In this document: piece after piece, positions 11,449-23,934 of the stretch
How positions within the stretch are numbered: the stretch's first letter is position 1
How the letters are laid out: each line of letters opens with the position of its first letter
NCBI GenBank assembly: GCA_964016885.1
Contig: OZ024740.1
Location: forward strand, 143,964,001-144,028,000
DNA length: 64,000 nt
Reading direction: 5' to 3'
Source of the DNA: Eledone cirrhosa
Taxonomy: Eukaryota
Position numbers and translations under genes: made by a program
The notes under the pieces: generated by a model
Seen by the model: the letters and a program-made list of their open reading frames with translations, nothing else
What the model was told of the DNA's origin: nothing
Database searches by the model: none

Positions 11449-12058
11449 TAAGTATGTATGTATACGTACAGTAGCATGTATATATATACATACAGGCACA
11501 CATATATATATGCACGTATCAGTTTACCGAACATTTATTATAATGCTTGGTTTGTTCGTTTGTAAACAAACAAACAGCCTGAATTACGCCATACAGTGTT
11601 TAGGCAACCACGTCACCTTTTTGTTCAACACTGACACAACTCACTCGATATGCAAATTAGGCTGCTCAGCCGTTAATTTTCATAAGGAAAGTATATACTT
11701 TCGGACGTTCAACCATCTGGCAGAAAGGTATACGGTGCTGACGATAGCTAATAAGCTTGAAACTAGTACATCGTTCCTGTGTCAGTGTTGAACAAAAAGG
11801 TGACGTGGTTGCCTAAACACTGTACGGCGTAATTCAGGCTGTTTGTTTGTTTACAAACGAACAAACCGAGCATTATAATAAATGTTCGGTAAACTGATAC
11901 GTGCATATATATATGTGTGCCAGTATGTATATATATACATGCTACTGTACGTCTGTATACATATATGTATGTACGTATACATACATACTTACATTTAAGT
12001 AAGTGCCGTACTAAGAGTGAGAAATGAAATTTCGTTTCATTCTATTCCATTTATTTAT
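11449..12058 (+). mobile_element. Retrozyme-like HHR element with about 190-bp inverted arm and about 65-bp tail
   Basis: 11449-11638 is the reverse complement of about 11778-11991. The spacer holds the octamer hairpin, TATA hairpin and HHR. Colinear similarity to the 469-bp unit; TA tracts on both sides. Confidence 0.8.
11732..11774 (+). ncRNA. Minimal type I hammerhead ribozyme
   Basis: ACGGUG-CUGACGA-UAGCU(aaua)AGCUU-GAAA-CUAG-UA-CAUCGU; palindromic stem III ACUAGU. Confidence 0.85.
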
Positions 12059-12067
12059 ATATATATA

Positions 12068-13728
12068 TCATCATCATCACCGTTTTACGTCCGTTCTTCC
12101 ACGCTAGCATGGGTTAGACGGGTTGTCCTGTTGTGGGCAGTGTCTGGTCGGCTGACCATGCCTTGCTCATACAGGAACTGATCTGGCTTGATTTCTACAG
12201 CTGGATGCCCTTCCTAACACCAACCTCATTTACAGTGAGTGCTGGGTGCTTTTTCGTGGCGCCTACACGTCCACTTTACAGTGTGGGCTGGGTGCTTTTT
12301 TGCCGTGGCACCTCCACGACCACCTTGCGGTGGTGGGGGGGGGGGGGGGGGGGGCATATTGTTTATATGCTTCAGCATGTACCCATGGGAGGTCGGGTAC
12401 CCTGTATTACTGCGTGACGCCAGAAGTCACGGTCGTGTGTCATTGACTTTGAGAGGTGTAGTTGGGTAAGGTCGGCTTTTATCACCTCATCCCAAGTCAT
12501 CTTGGGTCTCCCCACTCCGCGGTTTCCATCAACTTCTAGTGCTCTGCACCTTTTTATGCAGCTGTCATCCTTCATACGCATCACATGTCCATACCAGCGT
12601 AACCGCCTCTCCTGCACGCAGCATTTGATTCCTCTTATGCTCAGTCTCTCTCTCAATTCATTTATGCTTTGTCGTTCACGTATATTACTGTTACACATCC
12701 ATCGGAGCATGCAGGCTTCGTTTCTCTCTAATCTACGTAAGTCTTCCACCTTCAGCGCCCAGGTCTCACTACCATGCAACATCGCTGTTCGGATACACGC
12801 ATCATACAGTCTGCCTTTCATTCTGAGGGAGAAGCCTTTTGCAGCTAGCAGTGGTAGTAGTTCCCTAAACTTCTTCCATCCCGTTCTTACCCTAGTTATT
12901 GTACTTTCTGAGCACCCACCTCCGTTGCTAATTCGGTCACCTAGGTAGCAGAAGCTGTCTACTGTTTCTACAGGGCCCTCCCAGAGATTGGTGGTACTTG
13001 TTTCCTGTGGCTGTTTGCTTGCTGTTTCAGCACAGCTGCTGCATGTGAATCCTACATTCTTAATTAAGCTTCCTGAGATCCCGCTACATCTCTTGTGTAC
13101 CCATTGTTTGCATTTGGGGCAAAGAATGGAGTTCCTACCTACACCTTTCCTACATACTGAGCAAGGCCATTTCCCTGAGGGGATCTGGGTTCTGTTTTCT
13201 CGTCTACTTATAAGGACCTTAGTCTTTGTCATGTTGACTTTGAGGCCCTTTCTCTCTAGTCCCTGCTTCCAGGTTTGGAATTTATTCTCTAGTTCTACCA
13301 TAGATTCAGCTATGAGTGCGAGGTCATCAGCATACAGGAGTTCCCATGGGCATCCGGTCTTAAACTCCTCCGTTATTGCCTGCAGGACTATGATGAACAG
13401 GAGAGGGCTAAGAACAGAGCCCTGGTGGACCCCAACCTGTACGCTAAATTCCTCGCTATACTCATTGCCAATCCTAACTTTGCTGACTGCTCCCCTATAC
13501 ATGGCTTGTACCGCTTTCACAAGCCATTCATCTACTCCTAGTTTTCTAAGAGCCCACCAGATTACTGCACGTGGAACTCTGTCAAAGGCTTTCTCAAGGT
13601 CGACAAATGCCAAGTAGAGTGGCTTACTTTTAGCTAGGTACTTTTCCTGTAATTGCCTCACAAGGAAGAGCGCATCAGTGGTGCCTTTCCCTGGAACAAA
13701 CCCAAATTGCATCTCGTCTATATTCACC
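12068..13728 (-). mobile_element. 5'-truncated RTE LINE family A, apparently identical to the 3' half of the full-length copy
   Basis: The ORF 12372-13739 (-) protein is identical, after its first four residues, to the C-terminal part of 27127-30246. Same 3' UTR and (GAT)n tail. Confidence 0.95.
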
Positions 13729-16700
13729 AATATAGCCATATATAGCCAATCTATTGCTAAAACAATCTACAATTTTTGTTATCATTAATTGTTAGATACG
13801 GGAGTTTTTGTCGTATTGAACAGAACAAATCTTGTATTTTTGTTAATCGCTTGTTAAATACAAGGACCTCATTCAATCATTACCTTCTATCTAGCTACCC
13901 AACACCCCTCCCTCCCGCCCCCACGCACCACCATTGTTATTACGTGGACCAATCATAAGCCAGAGCCCCCACGCATCACCAGTATTATTATTACGCGAAC
14001 CAATCATAAGCCAGAGGCCTATACTATCGCTTGCCTGGTTGCCTTTCGATATATGATGGATGGATGGACTGCGGAATCCTGGAGAGTGGAGAGAGAGAAA
14101 AATCTGGACACTCAGCGACAATGCCAAAGATAAAGACAAATTCACCTCGTGGACGAGAATGCGAGCACTCCTCATTGTTTCGACCGCGGACGGCTAACAT
14201 AACCCCATCGCCCCCCGCCCCCAACCCCCAAACGCAATCCAAAACTTCAGAGTTGGTACCATAAATGTAGGAACCTTAAAGGGTCGCGCTAACGAGGTTG
14301 TAGAAATGCTTGAACGTAAGGAGGTCGATGTTTGTTGTATTCAAGAGACCAGATGGAGGGGTGGGTCTGCTAGATTTATTGAGGGTAAAAAACGATGTTA
14401 TAAGCTTTTCTGGGCGGGAAACGACGATGGGCTGGGTGGAGTAGGAATCATGGTAGTAGAAAAGTGGGCAGATAAGATAATAGACGTAAATAGAGTGAAC
14501 GACAGAATAATTAAAATACGACTTGTCCTCAATAGAACTACGGTGACAGTAATATCTGCGTACGCACCCCAATCCGGACTGCCCGGCACTATAAAAGACA
14601 GATTCTATGAGACACTGATGCTAACTACCTCCCAAATATCCGACAGTGACTATATAATTATTGCAGGCGACCTAAATGGTCACGTTGGACAACATTGTGA
14701 CGGCTACGATGAAATCCATGGAGGCTATGGGTTTGGTACTAGAAATGAGGAAGGCTCCAGAATCCTGGAATTCTGTGATGCAAATAACCTAACTATCTGT
14801 AACACTAACTTCAAAAAACGTGACAATCACCTGATCACCTATAGATCCGGGGAACACACAAGCCAGGTAGATTATATCCTTACCAGAAGACGTGACAGAG
14901 TGTCTGTTGTAAACACTAAATCCCTCCCCCATGAAGAATGCACCTCCCAACATAGACTAATAATTAGCGACCTCATAGTCAGGACGAGACGTACTTGACA
15001 GCAGAAGAGGACTATCCTCAGGAGAAAAATATGGAAGCTAAAGGACTCCACAGCCAGGAATAAATTTCAAAGCATATTACTTGATGCTTTCGACAGTAAG
15101 GAAGAACATTTAGAGTCGGACAATATAGAGGGAGAGTGGGAATTTCTGAAAGCAAACCTGCTGTTGGCGACAAGCGAAGTCTGTGGCTGGAGCAGGCCTG
15201 TAGGCAGGAGGAGAGTAACATGGTGGTGGAACAGTAAGGTGGAGGGGTCAATTAAGGCCAAAAAGCAGGCTTGGAAAGTATGGCGGTATGGGGGAAGTAG
15301 AGAAGACTATCAAGTGGCCAGGAGGGAAGCTAGGAGACAAGTGTACTTAGCAAGAAGGGAAGCTGAGGAAAGAAAGTTCAAGCATGTTCTACAACGCGAT
15401 GACCAAAAACGTGAGGTGTTCAGGATTGCTAGGCAATGCGTCAAGGAAAACCGTGATATTGTCGGGGAGAAGTGTGTACTAAACGACGATGGCACACTTG
15501 CCATCACCGACGCTGATAAGAAGGTAGCTTGGAAGTGTCACTATGAAAGGCTACTAAATGAGGAGAATAAATGGGAGAAAGACAGTCTCCCCCATATCGA
15601 CCCAGTAGAGGGACCAGCAGTGTTAGTCGAGGGGAGTATAATAAGATAGGCAATCAAGGATATGAAGACGGGTAAGGCGGCTGGGCCTTCGGAAATAGTT
15701 GCTGAGATGCTGAAGGCATCTGGCACGGTGGGACACACCATGGTCACTCGCATAGTTAACCAAGTCGTACAGAATGGGGTTGTTCCGAAGGACTGGCATA
15801 GCAGCATCATCGTTAACTGTTATAAGGGTAAAGGAGACGCCCTAGATAGGAGTAACTATAGAGGCATTAAATTAATCGACCAGGTCATGAAGGTCACGGA
15901 AAAACAGAGAGAATTGACCTAGATGAAATGCAGTTCGGGTTTGTGTCAGGCAAAAGTACCACAGACGCTCTTTTCATTGTACGACAACTACAGTAGAAGT
16001 ACCTAGCTAAAGGTAAACCCCTCTACTTAGCTTTTGTCGACTTGGAGAAAGCCTTCGACAGAGTCCCCCGCTCCATTATCTGGTGGGCTCTTAGAAAACT
16101 AGGCGTTGATGAATGGCTTGTGAGAGCTATACAAGCCATGTATAAAGAAACAGTCAGCAAGGTTAGAATTAACAACGAATATAGTGAAGAGTTTAGCGTA
16201 AAAGTTGGCGTCCATCAGGGCTCTGTTCTCAGCCCCCTACTATTTATTATTGCCCTTCAGGCTATAACAGAGGAGTTCAAGACCGGCTGCCCATGGGAAC
16301 TCCTATACGCAGACGACCTGACACTCATAGCGGAATCAATGGCCGAGCTAGAGAAGAAATTCCAAACATGGAAGCACGGCCTAGAATCAAAAGGCCTTAA
16401 AATTAACATGGCTAAGACTAAAGTTCTAGTTTGTAGGAAAGAAAATAAGGCGGCGGTCCCTTCTGGGAAATGGTCGTGCTCGGTGTGTAGGAAAGGCGTA
16501 GGTAGAAACTCCATTTTATGTCCTAAATGCAAAGTATGGGTGCATAAAAGATGTAGTGGGATCACAGGTAAGCTAACTAAGAACATAGATTTTACATGTG
16601 GCCGGTGCTCTGGTGCAATAAGTAGCAGCAAGTGCCCACTAAATACTAGCTCTTTCAATTGCGCAGAGGGTTCTATAGAAATAGTGGACAGTTTCCGTTA

Positions 16701-17626
16701 CCTGGGTGATAAAATCAGCAGTGGGGGAGGGTGCTCTGAAAGTACAGTGGCTAGAGTCAGAACTGGTTGGAAAAAGTTCAGAGAGCTTATACCACTATTA
16801 GCTGCTAAAGGGTTCTCCCTAAAAATGAAAGGCAGGTTGTACGATGCCTGCATACGAACAGCAATGTTGCATGGCAGTGAGACCTGGGCATTGTGTGCAG
16901 AGGATATACGCAGACTAGAGAGGAACGAAGCTTGCATGCTCCGCTGGATGTGTAACAGTAATATACGTGAACGGCAAAGCATAAACAAACTAAGGAAAAA
17001 ATTAGAAATAAGAGGGATCAGATGTTGTTTACTCGAGAGAAGGCTACGTTGGTATGGACACGTGATGCGCATGAAAGTCGATAGCTGTATAACAAAGTGC
17101 AGGGCAATAAAGATAGACGGTAGCCACGGAATAGGCAGACCTAGAAAAACCTGGGACGAGCTGATAAACTCCGACCTCACACACTTACACCTCTCCAAGA
17201 CAATGTCACTGGACCGAGACCTTTGGCGGTACTCAGTAACAGAGAAGACCCGCCTTACCTAAATACATAGTAAAACCTACTACACCCAGTAGGCATCTCT
17301 ATCAAAACAAAATACCCCCTCCCACCCCGTTCTATGTAAAGTTATGTTGGTGCCACACCATCCAGGCCGAAACAAATGAGATCGTGTAGGTGTCACGACA
17401 AAAAAACACACAGTCCACGCTGTAATGTGGCCGTGTAGGCAACACGGTAAAAACCTCCCAGCCCCACAGTGTAAATGTGGTTGGTGTTAGGAAGGGCATC
17501 CAACTGTAGAAAACCTGCAGACAGTCCTATGCGAGCAAGACAATCACTCTTGCCTCAAGTGGGAAAACCCCCGTCCAAACCCATGCAAGCGTGGAACACG
17601 GACGTTAAACGTTGATGATGATGATG
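13729..17626 (+). mobile_element. Near full-length RTE LINE family B, inactivated (stops and a small deletion)
   Basis: 5' UTR homologous to about 53260-53840 (-). APE fragment 14306-14998 (DVCCIQETRW, AYAPQ, GDLNGHVG, SQHRLI); RT fragments 15164-15649, 15662-15922, 16042-17262 (QGSVLSP, YADD); (GAT)n tail. Confidence 0.95.
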
Positions 17627-17678
17627 ATATATGTATATATACATATATATGTATATATACATATATATGTATATATAC

Positions 17679-17737
<59 letters not shown>

Positions 17738-17806
17738 CATATATGTATATACATATATATACATATATGTATATACATATATATATGTATATACATATGT
17801 ATATAC

Positions 17807-17870
<64 letters not shown>

Positions 17871-18034
17871 GTATATATATATATATTGTTATACTTTGGG
17901 AGGGTCATGTTGCCAATAAGAAACACACGCACCAGTTGCTTTCACTTCAATTTATTATATATTTACAAATTTACAAACCCATAAATTTCTGGTTGGTTGG
18001 TTGGTTCCACAACCAGATAGTTGTTTATATATAT

Positions 18035-18079
18035 AGTCATAGTCCTTTCGTCACACACTCTGTGACCTCTTCAGTGACT
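18035..18079 (-). ncRNA. Minimal type I hammerhead (PLE family A, left arm)
   Basis: AGUCA-CUGAAGA-G-GUCAC(agagugu)GUGAC-GAAA-GGAC-UA-UGACU. Confidence 0.8.
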
Positions 18080-19135
18080 GGGGATTCCTTTCTTCGTTTC
18101 TGTGCCTTTCCTTTCTTCTATCCTACGCCATTTTGTTTCTGTGTGTGTGTTGTGTGCTCAGTTTGCGCATGCGCCACATCCGGGTGTCTGTGTGTGTGTT
18201 TGTGTTCATTTTTCTATTTTTCTATTTGTTTATTTATTTATTTATTTATTGTTGGTTGGTTGTTTGTTCTATGTGTGTGTGTGTTTTCATTTTGTCCTGT
18301 GTGTGTTTTCATTTTGTGTGTGTTTTCAATTGTAAGTTGTTTGTTCTATGTGTGTGTGTGTTTTCATTTTGTCCTTAATTGTAAGTTGTGATGTTGCTGT
18401 TCCACTCATATTTTCTATTTAATTTTGGTTTTAATTCTTTTATGCTTATTGCCTCTGTAATTTGCCTAAACATTGCGTCTTTTCTGTGTGTGGATTCTAT
18501 TTTTATTTCTATGCTCTCTAATCTACCCCTGTGTTCTATCTTAGCATGTTGGTAGAGCACAGATGATTCTTTATTATCTTGGAGGTCTCGCCAGTGTTCA
18601 TTTATTCGTTCCCCTATACTACGAGCTGTCTCACCTATGTACACTATATTTTTGTTTCTACATTGTCCTTCAGTACATCTTATGCTATACACTACATTTC
18701 TAGTTTTACAGTTAATATGGGGGCTTATTTTACAGGTTATACATTTCTTATCTATACATGAGGGTCTTTGGAACGGGTATGTCTTGCTAATAAGTGTTTT
18801 TACGGAGGTACCAGGTCTTTCTACTATCTTAATATTGAGATTATGTTTATTTAGGGCCCTTCTAAATTTGTAGGCTAGTTCGCCTTTAGGGGTTGTATTG
18901 ATGAACATTACACTCTGGTATTTATTGCTATCATACCATGAGTTTATTCTATTGGCCTTGTTCCTAGTTCTTTCTATTCTATTCCAAAATTTGCTCCTAT
19001 ACAAGGGGCAGGTCCCATTTATGTCATTATTTACCATTTTTTCCCATTTGGTTCAAATTTAATGGTAAAACATATGCCCAAGAGGAAGGAGCAGCCATTG
19101 GTGTTAGCATTGCAGGCGACATAGCTAACTTATTC

Positions 19136-20347
19136 ATGGTATGGTGGGACAGTAGACTTAAACAAAAACTTAATGAACAATTAGAAGACAGCTTAACCCT
19201 GATAATGTACTCCCGCTACGTAGATGATATAAACATCGTAGTTAAGACACCCCCACTAAAGAACAGTCAGGAACTAGAGAAAAACACAATGGAAAGCATC
19301 CAGCAAATAGCAAACTCCATCCACCAGAGCATTAGAGTTACTATAGACTACCCAAGTAGACACCCCAACCATCGATTACCTGTACTAGACACAGAGCTCT
19401 GGTTAGATACCATTAACAACCAAAAACAAATCCTCCATTCCCATTATGCCAAACACATGACTTCCAAACATCTGATCCACCGAAACTCGGCTGTTTCGGA
19501 CCATACCAAAATCAACATACTGATTGCGGATTTGGTACGGGTGATGAGAAATGTGTCCCGCATGTGCAACCCCGAAGAACTAGAGAGACACATACAACAC
19601 TTCATCCACCGTATGCAGTTCTCTGGCTACAATCAGAGAGATAGAATCAGAGTGTATAAAGGAGCCAGAACCAAATGGGAAAAAATGGTAAATAATGACA
19701 TAAATGGGACCTGCCCCTTGTATAGGAGCAAATTTTGGAATAGAATAGAAAGAACTAGGAACAAGGCCAATAGAATAAACTCATGGTATGATAGCAATAA
19801 ATACCAGAGTGTAATGTTCATCAATACAACCCCTAAAGGCGAACTAGCCTACAAATTTAGAAGGGCCCTAAATAAACATAATCTCAATATTAAGATAGTA
19901 GAAAGACCTGGTACCTCCGTAAAAACACTTATTAGCAAGACATACCCGTTCCAAAGACCCTCATGTATAGATAAGAAATGTATAACCTGTAAAATAAGCC
20001 CCCATATTAACTGTAAAACTAGAAATGTAGTGTATAGCATAAGATGTACTGAAGGACAATGTAGAAACAAAAATATAGTGTACATAGGTGAGACAGCTCG
20101 TAGTATAGGGGAACGAATAAATGAACACTGGCGAGACCTCCAAGATAATAAAGAATCATCTGTGCTCTACCAACATGCTAAGATAGAACACAGGGGTAGA
20201 TTAGAGAGCATAGAAATAAAAATAGAATCCACACACAGAAAAGACGCAATGTTTAGGCAAATTACAGAGGCAGTAAGCATAAAAGAATTAAAACCAAAAT
20301 TAAATAGAAAATATGAGTGGAACAGCAACATCACAACTTACAATTAA
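19136..20347 (+). CDS. PLE RT (C-terminal half) + GIY-YIG endonuclease, 5'-truncated
   Basis: Upstream in-frame QEEGAAIG; YSRYVDDI; RLPVLDTELW; CxxxxCxxC linker; NVVYSIRC...YIGETARSIGERINEH; RQITEA...LNRK. Confidence 0.85.
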   Translation: MVWWDSRLKQKLNEQLEDSLTLIMYSRYVDDINIVVKTPPLKNSQELEKNTMESIQQIANSIHQSIRVTIDYPSRHPNHRLPVLDTELWLDTINNQKQILHSHYAKHMTSKHLIHRNSAVSDHTKINILIADLVRVMRNVSRMCNPEELERHIQHFIHRMQFSGYNQRDRIRVYKGARTKWEKMVNNDINGTCPLYRSKFWNRIERTRNKANRINSWYDSNKYQSVMFINTTPKGELAYKFRRALNKHNLNIKIVERPGTSVKTLISKTYPFQRPSCIDKKCITCKISPHINCKTRNVVYSIRCTEGQCRNKNIVYIGETARSIGERINEHWRDLQDNKESSVLYQHAKIEHRGRLESIEIKIESTHRKDAMFRQITEAVSIKELKPKLNRKYEWNSNITTYN

Positions 20348-20664
20348 GGACAAAATGAAAACACACACACACACATAGAACAAACAACTTACAATTGAAA
20401 ACACACACAAAATGAAAACACACACAGGACAAAATGAAAACACACACAGGACAAAATGAAAACACACACACACATAGAACAAACAACCAACCAACAATAA
20501 ATAAATAAATAAATAAACAAATAGAAAAATAGAAAAATGAACACAAACACACACAGACACCCGGATGTGGCGCATGCGCAAACTGAGCACACAACACACA
20601 CACAGAAACAAAATGGCGTAGGATAGAAGAAAGGAAAGGCACAGAAACGAAGAAAGGAATCCCC

Positions 20665-20709
20665 AGTCACTGAAGAGGTCACAGAGTATGTGAAGAAAGG
20701 ACTATGACT
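20665..20709 (+). ncRNA. Minimal type I hammerhead (PLE family A, right arm; stem II closing pair mutated)
   Basis: As 18035-18079, but GUGAA instead of GUGAC before GAAA. Confidence 0.65.
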
Positions 20710-21023
20710 ATATATATAAACAACTATCTGGTTGTGGAACCAACCAACCAACCAGAAATTTATGGGTTTGTAAATTTGTAAATTTATAAATTTATAAATA
20801 TATAATAAATTAAAGTGAAAGCAACTGGTGCGTGTGTTTCTTATTGGCAACATGACCCTCCCAAAGTATAACAATATCGGTTTCAACACACGATTTCAGA
20901 TAAAGAATCTTGCTAAACAAATTCAGAAACGAAATATATATATATATATATATACATATATATGTATATACATATATATACATATATATATATATACACA
21001 TATATATATATATACATATATAT

Positions 21024-23315
21024 GCAAAAGTTTTATTTAAAATTGTTGGGTTACAACAAGTAAATATTTCATAACTGATATAAAGCACTCAACAAGTTTT
21101 GGAGTAGATATACGATATTAAACAAATGGAAACTATATTTATTTCATTATACATATTTCGGGGATACCATATTAAAAATATGGCATGCCTTCTTCAGATA
21201 AAATACAATATATAAACAGTTTTATAAATAATTTTGACGTACCATAAATATTGATCAACTTTTATGTAAGAAGTTGGTTTGGTAGTGAAATGTTTATAAA
21301 TATTTAGTGTTAAGCACAGTTAAAAAGAAAGACGGAGAAAAAGAAGAAATGTATGTAAAGAAAAACAGAGAGAAATAGAGAGAGATAGGGGAGAGAGAAA
21401 TAGTGAGGAGGTGAAAAAAGAGATGCAGCTGAGGCAACAGATGAATAATAATAATTCATCATACAAATTGAGAGATTTAGGAGGGAGGGAGTACTGTACT
21501 TATTTAGTTATAGTGTTAAGGAGACGGAGAGAAATAAAAAATGAAGAGAAAACAGAGAGAGAGAGAAAGATAGAGGTGGGGGGAAAAAAGAGGTAGACCA
21601 AATAATAATAATTATTATATATGGGGAGGTGAGAGAAATAGGAGAGAAGTAAGAGAGAAAACAAGAGAGAAACTCGAGAGGCAAAGTTAAAATAACCGAT
21701 ACTTAGACTTCATCAAATATAAAGAGGGAGGAGAAGAAAGAGCTATATCTAGAGAGAGGGATGATAGATTTACATCTTTACGTTATGTCCTATCAATTTG
21801 AATTATCAATTCATATGAATTGGGTATTATAATGTAAATATCAATATTCATGAATGAGACATAGATATATAATGTGTGAAAAATAATGAGCATATGTTTA
21901 GTTTAAAATTCTGAGGTCGATGTACCAAAAACTGAGATAAAACTTCAAAAAATACGGAAATATATAAGTATATATGTACTTTCCGGAAAAGGAAAGAAAG
22001 AGAAAAAGAGAAGGTCATCTCAAGTTCTAGTTGATACTATAGACGTACCCATGATCTTACGTGATCAACTCTGTAATTTCTTGTTTCACATAAAAAAATT
22101 TTTTCCCTTGTGTTATAAAAGATTTTACTATATATATATATACATAAAACATATATATTAATACTCCTGCCCTCACATACATGATTATCGTTCATGTATA
22201 GAATATTATGCATATCTGTAACATATCCAGAGCTATACCCACACATACATATATATATATGTATGCACACATATATGTACATGGACAGGTAAAATAAACA
22301 GATAAATAAAATATACTCTGTAATCATTCCATATTCATATTAATACATATGGCCTTTGTACAGAGACAACAAGATATTAATATATCAGCACAGAGATATC
22401 AAAACGTTAAAAATATTTTCATCACTCCCTAGAGTATCTCGGGCCGTAAAAAACACAGTATGCACGCCATATCAACCACAGAGATCTACCCTTCCAATTT
22501 ATTGCCAAGTTCATTAGAAGCAATGAGAATCAAAAAGCAAACAAAAAACCAAAAATTATTCAACAAAACTTATTTAGCAGAAATCATTTAAAAGATTTAG
22601 GAGACCCTGTTGTTCTACAGATGCTCTTATATTTAGTATAGAAGTTTATCTAGCGTAAAATTTATTCAATAGATTGGGAGCATCTACATTTTAGGGTAGT
22701 TTAATTACATCATTAGTATATATTTATGAAGAAGGTTTAAAAGAAAAAGTTGAAGGAATCAAAAGATTTATCGTCAGGTTTCATACATTAATTAAATATC
22801 TTAACTAATTATACTACATTTTAAATTTATATTTAAACGTTGAGTTCAATCTATGTCTGCAGCAACTGAATAAATTGCTCCTTAAATTAAGGGAATTTTT
22901 AGATTTTAATATAAAGAATATCTCCTCCACACAGAGGTCACATGTCTCAGATGAGGAATTAAAAGGAATCCCTCTTGAGACAATATTCCAAAACATCGAA
23001 TACCCAACGTTATCATGTTTAAGTTGCCAGAGTAAGCCTGATAGTGAAGTTGAAGATTTCTTGTTTGGATCTGTGAAAGAATTCTTATGATTATTATAGC
23101 GAAGTTTAAATTCTGTCGAGGTGGAACCAACATAGTTAAAAGAATTTAAGTTAGTTTTAACATTACAATTGTATATTATATTTTTAACTAAGCAATTGTT
23201 ATTTAACTAAATGTCCGTTAAATAACAATTGCTTAGTTAAAAATATAATATACAATTGTAATGTTAAAACTAACTTAAATTCTTTTAACTATGTTGGTTC
23301 CACCTCGACAGAATT
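21024..23315 (-). mobile_element. 5'-truncated PLE family D: GIY-YIG remnant, about 1.8-kb 3' UTR, HHR, short fold-back hairpin
   Basis: The minus strand at 22814-23200 encodes IYNCNV...YVGST...CDLCVEEIFFI...LNLRSNLFSCCRH. About 23108-23207 and 23217-23315 are inverted repeats. Confidence 0.8.
21140..21205 (-). ncRNA. Type I hammerhead (PLE family D)
   Basis: UAUUUUAU-CUGAAGA-AGGCAUGCCAUAU(uuuua)AUAUGGUAUCCCC-GAAA-UAUGUA-UA-AUGAAAUA; 8-bp stem I, near-palindromic stem III. Confidence 0.8.
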
Positions 23316-23375
23316 TTGGGTTGCAGGTGTTATATCAGAGTTTTCCTTCTGCTAGAATTCTGCCTTGACAAAGGC
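23316..23375 (-). mobile_element. 60-bp internal fragment of the RTE-derived SINE-like element fused to the PLE hairpin
   Basis: gggttgcaggtgttatatcagagttttccttctgctagaattctgccttgacaaaggc matches about 1550-1608. Confidence 0.85.
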
Positions 23376-23417
23376 ATATACATATACATATATATATATA
23401 TACATATATACATATAC

Positions 23418-23448
<31 letters not shown>

Positions 23449-23677
23449 CATATATACATATTTATATGTATATATACATGTATATATGTATATATACATG
23501 TATATATATATATACATATATATACATATACATATATATATATATACATATATGTATATACACATATATATATATACATATACATATATATATATACATA
23601 TACATATATATATATACATATACATATATACATATATGTATATATACATATATATATATATACATATATATATATAC

Positions 23678-23708
<31 letters not shown>

Positions 23709-23739
23709 CATATATATACAGATACATATATATATATAC

Positions 23740-23770
<31 letters not shown>

Positions 23771-23879
23771 CATATATATATATACATATATATATATATA
23801 CATATATATATATACATATATATATATATACATATATATATATACATATATATACATATATATATATACATATATATAC

Positions 23880-23926
<47 letters not shown>

Positions 23927-23934
23927 CATATATA

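Larger units (their letters stand above)
17884..20935 (+). mobile_element. PLE family A insertion with two inverted arms (17884-19053 -, 19054-20935 +)
   Basis: The arms are near-identical reverse complements over about 1.17 kb. Only the right arm has the about 58-bp tail (cggtttcaac...cagaaacgaaa). Flanked by TA tracts. Confidence 0.92.

Noticed and set aside
12502-13617. Antisense ORFs of 148 and 209 aa, repeated in other RTE copies
   Set aside because: Shadow ORFs of the RT coding strand.
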